From: Octopus vulgaris | Taxonomy: Eukaryota | DNA length: 64,000 bases | Direction of reading: 5' to 3' | Assembly: GCA_951406725.2 (NCBI GenBank) | Contig: OX597817.1 | Span: 91,760,001 to 91,824,000 of the forward strand | Shown: positions 53,591-64,000 of the stretch, piece after piece | Layout: every line of letters begins with the position of its first letter | How positions within the stretch are numbered: the first letter of the stretch is position 1 | The notes under the pieces: model-generated | Told to the model about the DNA's origin: nothing | The model's database searches: none | The model's input: the letters and a program-made list of their open reading frames with translations, nothing else | Position numbers and translations under genes: made by a program

Positions 53591-54095
53591 GTATGTATGT
53601 ATGTATGTATGTATGTATGTATGTATGTATGTATGTATGTATGTGTGTATGCATGTATATGAGTATGCATGTGTGAATGTATGCATATAAATGTAGGCTT
53701 GTGTGTATCTATGTGTGTAAAATAGCTGTATATTTATAAGTATTTATAAGAAAGTACATCTATATAAAGTATGTTAATATATTTATTATGTATGACTATG
53801 TATATGTGCATCTGCATATGTGTATATACTTATAGATTAGCATGTAAATATGCAACTGTATGTTGATAAATATCTAACTATGTGTGTATATAAAATTGTC
53901 TCATTATATAACAGGGAAACAATTGAAAACTGAATAAATTCATGACTTGATCATAGCTATGTCTACAGATGTTTTTATAAACATATTCACAGATTGATGA
54001 TAATATATTGAGTGCTTGGTGGTTTTGTACTAGAAACATTTGCTATAAGAAACTAACAGTGATATTGACAATGAGAAAATCCTTCGCTTTGACTA

Positions 54096-54136
54096 GGTAT
54101 GACTGCTGTTCTCAACCATGGCCTCTCATCAGTGCC
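54096..54136 (-). ncRNA. Degenerate hammerhead-like motif
   Basis: Minus strand: ggca CTGATGA gaggccatggttg AGAAC agca GTC atacc; GAAA box imperfect. Confidence 0.35.
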
Positions 54137-54924
54137 ATTAGAGAGAATGCCTACCAACAAGAGAGACTGAAAAAAGAGCTCTAAAGAATAAACAATACCA
54201 GGCATCTTAACTACTGGGAACACCCATGTGCATGATATTTCTTCTCAATGGAATGATGATAAGGAAAATTCTAAAAAAATCTTCTTTCAAAATTTGTTAT
54301 ACAAGATAGGAAATGCAAGAGGAAGGGAATGAAATGTTTGTTCTTAACCCTACCTTCATTAAACTTTTGCATCAGGAAGTAATACATTGTAGTTTAGTAT
54401 TAAGTTTGTACAATCCACACAGCCAAATGTGAAAGACTGCTTGCAGCAGCTTGCTACATGAGCATCATACATCTCATTTAAGAACCACAAGTGAGACTTC
54501 TTACTCAACAAAGACTAATCAATGCCTCTAAAATTGAATTGGGCTAAATTTATAAAACTAATACTCGACCTCATTAATCTCAGAATTTGAAATTCCACCA
54601 AAATAGTTAAATGGACTACTGTGTGACTCTAATTTAGTGGTCCATGAATATAAAGAAAACATACAGCAAATCTGAATATAGATCAGTAGGATACACCTGA
54701 TCTCTATCCAAAATGCTACTCTTGAAAGACACTAATATATTGATATTAATATCTTTACAACTCAGTAGAAGATATCTTTTTTATGACTCTCACTGAGATA
54801 TAAAAAATGAGCGATATATTTGATGACTTGATGGAAAGTTGGGTTAGAGTGGTTAAGTCAAACTCTTCATCTTAAATAGTACCAACAAGTGTAGTAAGAA
54901 TATATATATATTTATATATATATA

Positions 54925-55085
54925 CATTTCTTTCATTCTCTCTCTATTTCCTCTTATTCCTTTCTGTTGAAGAGTGTAGACTCAAAACGTAAAATACTTA
55001 TCCATTTTTCCCAAGCATCAAACTATTACACTTGCTTGTTGTTCTTACACCCGTCTTCATCTTTGTTTTTCTATAAATTTGAACA
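54925..55085 (+). mobile_element. pLTR-like element with hammerhead-like motif (54961-54994)
   Basis: ttt CTGTTGA A GAGT gtag ACTC AAAA CG TA AAA; third copy of the 2263/25821 family, between (TA)n runs. Confidence 0.6.
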
Positions 55086-55100
55086 ATGTATATATATATA

Positions 55101-58100
55101 TAAGGCAAAATAGAGTGAAAAAACTATAGAAGACTTGTGATATATGGATAAAGAATATATTTAATTCATTATGTCAGAAAAATGTTATAAAATTTTGTGT
55201 ATAGTAACATTATTTTTGGAGAAATAACTGGTTTCGTATTTTCTTTTCAAATTTCTGAAATTTCTTTACTGATATGGTGTTATCTCTTCACTGTGATGTG
55301 AAGTATGACAGTTCCAGACAGGGGAACGTAATCGGGATTTTTTGGTATAAGGGAGATAATAAAAAATGTTGGGAATGACTAGGTTTTATTAATTCAACAT
55401 GATTTGGTTTAGAAAGAATAGAATGTTAGAAGTGATTAAGTTTTGCTTTATATTTTTTTCAATGAGATAATTTTCCTTATTTAAAAATGCTTGGAATGGT
55501 TAATTTTTAGCTTATATTTTTCAATGAAGTAGGTTTCCTTATTTAATCTAACTTGTGTTGGTGTTCTAATGGCACATTGATAAAATGGAAAGATTACAAA
55601 TTGTGGTAGCAGTTGCTTTACACATTTCTCAATGTGTTCACTAAAGGGTATCATTCTGTATTCTGGGAATGCAATCTGCTCTCGGTGCAGAAGGATGGAT
55701 GAACTCAACACCAATTATTCTCATACACAAATTCCAAATACAAAATGAACCTGACAGAAAGAGGGCTGTTACGGAAAGGTTAGCACTCTTCCATCTAAAA
55801 TCAGAGATCAAACTACTAAGAGTGAGAACTTCTAATAACAAAGAAAAATATAAAAACATCGACGAGGAGATGCATAGGGAAATAAACAAACCGAGTGACA
55901 ACCCCTCAAAAACACCACAAATCTTTGGAAGGAGGTCTGTGAAAAGAAAGAAAGAAATTCTCTCCTATGCTGGGAAAAAAGCAGTGATTTCTTCCAAAGA
56001 TATGAATCAACCTTTAAAAAGAATTCAGTGCAGATAATCCTTTGCTAAAGAAAAAAAAATATAAATAACAAACAAAAACTGAACAACACACAAATATCCC
56101 CCAATTTTAACCACTTAATCAACAACAACCCTCCTCATTATCCTCCATACACCATAAATAGAAATCACTAACCACCACCATTTTTTAACCACCCAAAACT
56201 AAACAGCAAACAAGCTGACAGCCAACACATTTATGAAATTGATTATACCAAATCTAAAGATCACCCATATACCATGAACAGAACACCCCAACAACATCCC
56301 AATACCAAGAATAACCACCCCATAGCAACACAAAACAACACTAGGATAAGAAGCACACCTGGCACTACTACCCCATGACCCAAAATTACTGGTCCCCACC
56401 AAACACAAGAACAGCACAAAATTACACTAGGTCAAGAAACACCCTGCATACAAGAAATTCCAAACAAAAATATACTACATACAGAAATGTTACACACATC
56501 CCTAACCAAAACACCCATAGACACCCACACACTCATAACAATCTGAAGCAACAATACCACCAGTCCCATACAACCTCACAGACAGCTCATGCAAACAAAA
56601 CTGCAACCAACATTTTTTAGCCCCAGACCAGAGACACCATGACACAGGTTGGAACCTGGTGATCAGGAAAAACCAAAGATAATTAACCTCTCAACTAAAC
56701 TTCTTTTAAGCACAAAGATAGACATCCTTTCAAAAGGGTTAATATTCACCTCAACACCACGTAGCGCCAAGCAAAATGAAGTGAAGGACAGTATAATAGA
56801 ATTCTGTAGAAAATTAAGACTCACTGAAACATTAACCGATTACAATACTAAAGATGACTCACTTGTCAAAAACAAAAGGGAACACATCCCTCACAAAGGA
56901 AGAAATTAAAATCTTGATGAATTCTGCAACCACATTAAGAACTTACCCTACCACACCATGCATAAATATACAGTTAACTCAAACTTTAGCACTTCACAAT
57001 GGAAGGAACTAACAGAACTTCAAAATAAGGAAGATATAACGATTAAGGAAGTAGATAAAGGAAGTGCAGTGGTAGTAATGGACACATTATACTATAGAAA
57101 TCTAGTAATCTCTGTGCTGAATGACAATCAACATTAGGAAAAAATCACAAACTACACCCCACAAAAAATAATGAGAACCCTGTCCTCACTAATTAAAATC
57201 CATGGAAAAGAACTGACAACCAAAGAAATTGGCTATTTAACAAACTTTAAATGCAAACCTGGCCTTTTCTACGGTCTACCAAAAATCCACAAAAGCCAGA
57301 TTATAAATGAAACCATAAAAAAGTCACCAAAGACGTACATACATACACCAAACACAGGGTACCTAAAATTACAACCCATTATAGCTAGCCCAGCCTGTGA
57401 AACACACAGACTAAGTCCAGTTATGGACATACTCCTGAAACCCTTCCTTAAATAGCTATATCAGAGATGACTTGGACATGTTAAATCACCTCCCAAAAAA
57501 AGTCAATTATGGGTGAGAGGCATTTCAAATCTGGCTGGACCAATATCCAGAAGAAATACCGGAAAGGATCAGCAAAGAATTCAGAATTGAACCGGTTGAA
57601 TTCACCCTACGAAACAACCACTTCATGTTTGACAACATGTTTTAACAACAAAAATCTGGAATTGCCATGGGCACTAGGGCAGCCCCGGTCATTGCAAACC
57701 TAACAATGGGCTATCTGAAAATAATAATATACCAGGAATCTTTATCTACCTTTGGAAACCCTCTTTCCCAACACATAAAAGAAAATTGGAAAAGATTCCC
57801 AGATGACTGTTTCATTCTCTGGAATGAAAACACAGACAAACTCCTGAAATTCAAAAGACTATTGAATAGCGTCAACCCAAACACACAGTTGACAATGGCA
57901 TACAACCAAAAGGAGTGCCCATTCTTGCATATACTAATGAAAAAAATAAACCTGAAAATAGAAAGATATATTTTACAAAACCACAGACACCAAACAATAT
58001 CTACTATTTAATTCATGCAACCCAAGACACACCAAAACAAACATCCCCTTCAACCTTGCAAGAATGATATGCACAATAGTGTCAGAAAAAGATACCATAG

Positions 58101-59435
58101 ACTTTAAACTGCAAGAACTCAAAAACACCTTGATTGACAGACACTACCCAGTTCAACTCATAGAGAGTGGAATCAGACGTGCAACACAAATCAACATAAA
58201 AACCTTAGGAAAAATTCAACACAGTAACACACCTTCCCTGAAAATACAGCTGTACATATCCACATACAACCCCAGAAACAAAGAAGTCTTCACATAAGGA
58301 TCCCAAATTAAAGGAAATTTTACACACACATAAGATCATTAAAAGCCACAAATAACCAAAATCACTAAAATACATCCTCACAAAGACAAAATTATTTTCT
58401 AAAATAATGGATGCTGAAGTGAAAAAATGTGGTCGACCAAATTGTGTAACATACCCAAACCATCTAGAAAGATCAGAATTCCTTTTCAAAGAGAGACAAA
58501 AATTCAATATCAAATCTGACTTTACTTGTGTCTCAGGAAATCTGATTTATGTTATAAGATGCTTGAGCTACCACTAAAACTACATAGGGTTCACAGGATC
58601 ATTGCTCAGATGCAGATTGCATTCCCAGAATACAGAATGATACCCTTTAGTGAACACATTGAGAAATGCGCAAAGCAACTGCTACCACAATTTGTAATCT
58701 TTCCATTTTATCAATGTGCCATTGGAACACCAACACAAGTTAGATTAAATAAGGAAACCTACTTCATTGAAAAATATAAGCTAAAAATTAACCATTCCAA
58801 ACATTTTTAAATAAGGAAAATTATCTCATTGAAAAAAATATAAAGCAAAACTTAATCACTTCTAACATTCTATTCTTTCTAAACCAAATCATGTTGAATT
58901 AATAAAACCTAATCATTCCTAACATTTTTTATTATCTCCCTTACACCGAACAAATCCCTGATTATGTTCCCCTGTCTGGAACTGTCATACTTCACATCAT
59001 AGTGAAGAGATGGCACAATATCGGTAAAGAAATTTGAGAAATTTGAAAAGACATTTTTGATTATCTTCCTTATACCAAAAAAATCCCTGATTATGTTCCC
59101 CTGTCTGGAACTCTCATACTTCACATCATAGTGAAGAGATAACACAATATCAGTAAAGAAATTTGAGAAATTTGAAAAGGATATATGAAACTGGACATTT
59201 TGATTATCTCCCTTATACCAAAAAAAATCCCTGATTATGTTCCCCTGTCTGGAACTCTCATACTATACACAAAATTTAATTCAATGATACTATACACAAA
59301 ATTTTATAGCATTTTTCTAACATAACAATTTAAGTATATTCTTTAACCATATAACACAAGTTTTCTGTTGTTTTCTCACTTTATTTTGTCTTTTATACAT
59401 CCAACCATGTGCTTTCACATACCAACTCTCTCACC
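55101..59435 (+). mobile_element. Decayed Penelope-like element (RT + GIY-YIG, Neptune-like) with an inverted copy of its 3' end at 55101-55684
   Basis: IINLS..LSKGL, DKGSAVVVMD, FYGLPKIHK, AMGTRAAP, WKRFPDD, KCGRPNC, LIYVIRC..YIG; peptide QIAFPEYRMIPFSEHIEKC.. encoded at 55481-55714 (-) and 58526-58810 (+); (TA)n on both flanks. Confidence 0.92.
58922..59265 (+). repeat. ~130-145-bp tandem triplication within the Penelope 3' region
   Basis: aaatccctgattatgttcccctgtctggaact..catact occurs three times here and once (diverged) in the inverted copy. Confidence 0.9.
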
Positions 59436-59454
59436 TATATATATGCATATATAT

Positions 59455-59952
59455 ATATTTGTTTTGCAAGATTTTCGATGTGAAATCATGTGTTGAAACA
59501 GATATTGTTGTATTTAGGAATGGTCATTTTGCCAGTTTAGCCAATAAAAACACACGCACTATATATTTGGTGTTACTTTGCTTCAGCGTTATTTATTTTT
59601 TACATTAATCTTAATCTTACTTCAGCCAGAGATACAAATATTACAGGCACTTCCCCCCACACACACACTAACTAAACATAGACACACATAGAGATATACG
59701 CATGCGCAAATGAAGAAAAATACAAAATACAAAATGGCTGACCGCTAGTAAGGAGAGACACACAAATAAGAAAGAAGAAAGCAAAGGACCACTGATGCGG
59801 TCACAGGAGTGTGATGAAAGAACTCTGGCCGAAATAAGATTAAGATTAATGTAAAAAATAAATAATGCTGAAGCAAAGTAGCACCAAATATATAGTGCGT
59901 GTGTTTTTATTGGCTAAACTGGCAAAATGACCATTCCTAAATACAACAATAT
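59455..59952 (+). mobile_element. Head-to-head pLTR-like insertion with hammerhead-like motif (59786-59830)
   Basis: 59502-59631 is the reverse complement of 59823-59952; ggacca CTGATGC G GTCAC aggagt GTGAT GAAAG aa CTC tggcc; (TA)n on both flanks. Confidence 0.8.
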
Positions 59953-60784
59953 ATATATAATCATCATCATCATCCTCTCATTTAACATTCATATTCCATG
60001 CTGCATGGCTTGGATGAGTCAATAAGATCTGAGGTGTCCAAGGTCTGCTTCCTGCTCTAACATCCACTTTGGAATAGTTCCTACAGTTGGATGCCCTTCC
60101 TAATTCCAGCAACTTTACAGTGTGTGTTGGGTACTTTTATTATGCCACCATCACTATAATTACATTGCTATTAAATATATATATATTGGCTTGCTTCACT
60201 TCATTTTCATTTTGTATGTAACATTTGATTATATAAGCTGCCTTTATGTTGCATGTCTTCCCACATGCATGTCATATGTATACTTATGCATATACACTAG
60301 AGAAATGTATGATACAATGATGTGAAATCAATGTAAAATATGCTATCTCAGAGACAGTATATTTATATATATATCATCATCACAAGCATCAGTTTAAATC
60401 TACTTTCCATGGTGGCAAGGGTTGGACAAGTCATCAAAGTCTGAGTAATTTCTTATTGAGATTTACTACTCCTAAAGACTAGTGTTCTTGCATGTCATTT
60501 TGGTTGGTCTTTATGGCCAGGTGCACTTCTTATTGCCAAATGCTTCATAAAGTGTACTGGGTGCATTTTCTTGTGGCACTAAAAGTAGAGTGGCTGAATA
60601 GACTTCTCAGCAAGACTAGATTAATAGAACTTCACAACTCATCACTGCATCTGCTTATTTGCCAATCACTTTTCATGGCACCAGTACTAGGAAGGTAGTA
60701 TCACTCACCATTCACCTAAAGAGGGAGAGTGATAGATTCTGTTGTAGTACCAGTGTCAAACATACATGAAATGTCTTCTACATA

Positions 60785-60989
60785 GTCTGGCACCTGTGCC
60801 GGTGGTGTGTAAAAAGCACCCACTACACTCATGGAGTGGTTGGCGTTAGGAAGGGCATCCAGCCGTAGAAACATTGCCAGATCAAACTGGGTCTGGTGCA
60901 GCCTTCTGGCTTCCCAGACCCCAGTTGAACCGTCCAACCCATGCTAGCATGGAAAGCGGACGCTAAACGATGATGATGATGATGATGAT
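60785..60989 (+). mobile_element. RTE 3'-end copy
   Basis: Closely similar to the reverse complement of 5071-5283; (GAT)n tail. Confidence 0.88.
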
Positions 60990-61103
60990 AGTAAATGGGG
61001 AAAAATACACAGTAGCCTAAGGCACCTGGACCAAGGAGGGGAGTTTGAGAGGGAAATGAATAGTTGAAAAGAGCATAAGACAGGTGTGTAAATTGTATGT
61101 ATG

Positions 61104-61135
<32 letters not shown>

Positions 61136-61895
61136 AATAGTTCACAACCTATACTGTTTCCTCAAGAGCCAATATTCTGTGCAAGGTCAACAAACCTTAA
61201 GAATATATTATAAGACAAAGTCATTCTGAACAAAGAAAGAGTATTTTCAATTCATTTGTTCATCAGCAATAGTTTATTAGGAAACAACATTATTTAACAA
61301 GTAATGAAGGAGATTGACAAAGCAGTCAAAATTTCTCAAAGCGGATCCATAGAAACTGGGACTGATAGTGAAAGCAAATTGTCTAAGGAAAGTTGTTTTA
61401 ACAAAAGAGGTAATAGATATTGATTTCCAACAATAGCACAAGGTCAAATATTTGTAGCAGCAGGTGGGTAGCCAATTAAATCAGTCCCTAATCATGGCCA
61501 ATATATTTATTTGATCAACATCAGCATCATAACAGTTTCAGTTGACTGTGGTAGGACATAGCAACTAAGTAATATAGAAGGATGAAGCACAATACAGTGA
61601 GACATTTTATTTCTGGCATACCACTGAGTTTATACCACTACTTTGATTATATCCATTCACAGTAAATATCACTATGGTGATTATATCTCCTCACTAACTT
61701 ACCACCTCACCGAATATACCTCTGCAGTATCACTATGATGAATATACCACTCCATTCTATTCTCCTGCTCTTCTTCATTTTACCATACCATTCCATTCTA
61801 CTACCCTACTACATTCTAAAATTCCCTTTATCATACCACCATCTAGTGTCTTAATGACTTCATTCAGTTTTAGTAATGTTGGCATCTTTATGATG

Positions 61896-61956
<61 letters not shown>

Positions 61957-61991
61957 TAATAATAATAATAATAATAGTAATAATAATGATA

Positions 61992-62540
61992 AATGCCCTG
62001 ATGCTGTGCCAGGCAGGGGCTCTCATGGCTTCTTATCTTAACTGATTGGAAGTATTATAATGTAAATTGTTTAGTCTTGGTATAAAAAATGGGCTACAGC
62101 AAATATTCTGCTCAATACCACAGATTTGCTTGTCAGTTGCTTGACCTTGACCAATTGAGTATGTCTTTTAGTAGCTGACGATATGTGCATCTCTGATCAT
62201 GAGCAGAAGTAGTGGAGGAGCATCATAGCCATGTGTTCAGAGGAATTATTTGGGGGTTGGATAATTCACCCCTAAAAATATGGGTGTTTCATTCATCATC
62301 CTTATTCAACCCTTATTCAGGGACTTTTTGAGTGGGATGGGCTACTCAATCTGAAGAAAATTCTAACTTGGCCCCACCTGCAAGGTAATGTTCTGTTTAT
62401 CTTGATATGAGATCACCATGTCGCGCACATATGGATGTGTTACATGTACCTAGTGTACCCTTATTAGTCATGATGGGTATACTGGGCTTTGTATATTTTA
62501 CCCCAGTGCCATCTTGATGGCATACACTGCTTTCTCACTC
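61992..62540. mobile_element. ~550-bp non-coding insert between two (TAA)n runs, unclassified
   Basis: Sharp boundaries against (TAA)n at ~61895-61990 and 62541-62614; no long ORF. Confidence 0.45.
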
Positions 62541-62565
62541 AATAATAATAATAATAATAATAATA

Positions 62566-62614
<49 letters not shown>

Positions 62615-62618
<4 letters not shown>

Positions 62619-64000
62619 GAACTGGATGCGGATATAAAAGTTACGGCAAAACGATCAGCCACCTTTTATATATGGATGACCTAAAACTATACGCTGCAAA
62701 TGACAAACAGCTGGAAACACTATTAAAGACAGTTCATGGATTTACCAAAGAAATAGATATGAAATTTGGATTAGAAAAATGCGCCAAAGTAACCATGAAA
62801 AGAGGAAAACTAGTTAAGAGTTGCAACATCACACTAGATAAAACCAATGAAATAAAATACTTAGGAATCCATGAACTAGATAAGACACAACACACACAAA
62901 TGAAAGAGAAAATAAAAAAAGAATATTATAGACGAGTTAGATCAATACTAAAAACAGAGCTCAATGCTAAAAACAAGATAATAGGTATCAACACTTTAGC
63001 TGTCCCAGTTATAAGTTACAGCTACAATATCCTTAACTGGACACGAAATGAACTGTCCAAAATAGATAGGAAAACAAGAAAAATACTGACAGGATCTAGG
63101 ATGCATCACCCAAAATCTGACATAGAAAGACTATATATACAACGTATAGAAGGTGGTAGAGGCCTTATACAGCTGGAAAACTACTATAAAATAACCACCA
63201 TAGGACTGCAAAAATACCTACTTCAGAAGGAAGTAAAACTGATCCAGATAGCAGCAAAACACGAGCAAAACAAAAAACTGTTCTCAGTATTTAAGGAAGC
63301 TGACAAATACAAACAAGAAATCATACCACCTAATAAACACAAAGAAGAAGAAGAAGATGATGAAGAAACAACAAAAGCTATAAAACAAATGAAATCCAAA
63401 CTAAAAATAGAACAGCAACGAGCCATGATAAAACGATGGCAAGAAAAGCCCCTTCATGGTAAATACTGCACTAAACTAAACGCAAAAGAAATAGACAAAG
63501 AAAAATCCCAGCAATGGTTGAGAAGCTCAGGACTCAAAGCAGAAACAGAGGGATTTTTAATTGCAGCACAAGACCAAAGCCTCCCCACCAGAAATTACCA
63601 AAAACATGTAATGAAAAGAAATATTACAAGTAACTGCAGAATATGTGGAGATGGACAAGAAACAATAAATCATATTATCTCTGGCTGCCCAGTCCTGGCT
63701 AAGAAGGAATATATTCACAGACATGACAGAGTTGGAACCTACATACATTGGAAGCTATGCCAACATTTTGGAATAACAACAGAAAAAAGATGGTATAGGC
63801 ACACACCAGAAAAGGTCACAGAAAACGAGAAAGCAACCATACTCTGGGATATGCCAATACACACAGATAGAGAAATTAAGGCCAACAGACCAGATATAGT
63901 TATCAGAGATCATGAAGAAAAAAATGCTTTCTAATTGATGTATCAATACCGGCAGATGACAACGTGTCTCTAAAAGAAATGAAGAAACTCTCAAAATACA
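62615..64000 (+). mobile_element. 5'-truncated R4/Dong-type retrotransposon: RT C-terminal half, CCHC finger, RLE; runs off the window
   Basis: ORF 62672-63934 (420 aa): HLLYMDDLKLY, KYLG, GGRGL, CRICGDGQETINHIISGC, RHDRV, NRPDIVI; frameshift near 63925; directly follows (TAA)n. Confidence 0.95.

Overview
AT-rich, microsatellite-saturated eukaryotic DNA. The repeat families (RTE LINE with (GAT)n tails, tRNA-derived SINEs, R4/Dong and Penelope remnants) suggest a cephalopod, probably Octopus; this is inference. I could not identify any host protein-coding gene, and most ORFs in the track are microsatellite artefacts. Recognisable content: decayed RTE LINEs and a ~353-bp tandem array of their 3' end, a CR1/L2-group LINE present as two oppositely oriented pieces, three R4/Dong-type fragments in microsatellites, a ~4.3-kb Penelope-like element with an inverted terminal copy, two mariner remnants, a Helitron remnant, hAT and piggyBac-like MITEs and many SINEs. 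The most striking hidden layer is about a dozen minimal type-I hammerhead-ribozyme-like motifs from several unrelated non-coding families. Most sit next to (TA)n and many lie inside fold-back structures. Two are in a ~320-bp tandem array resembling a retrozyme, and in one case the inverted arm begins within 3 nt of the predicted cleavage site. All ribozyme calls were made by eye, and every copy departs from consensus in the core or stems.
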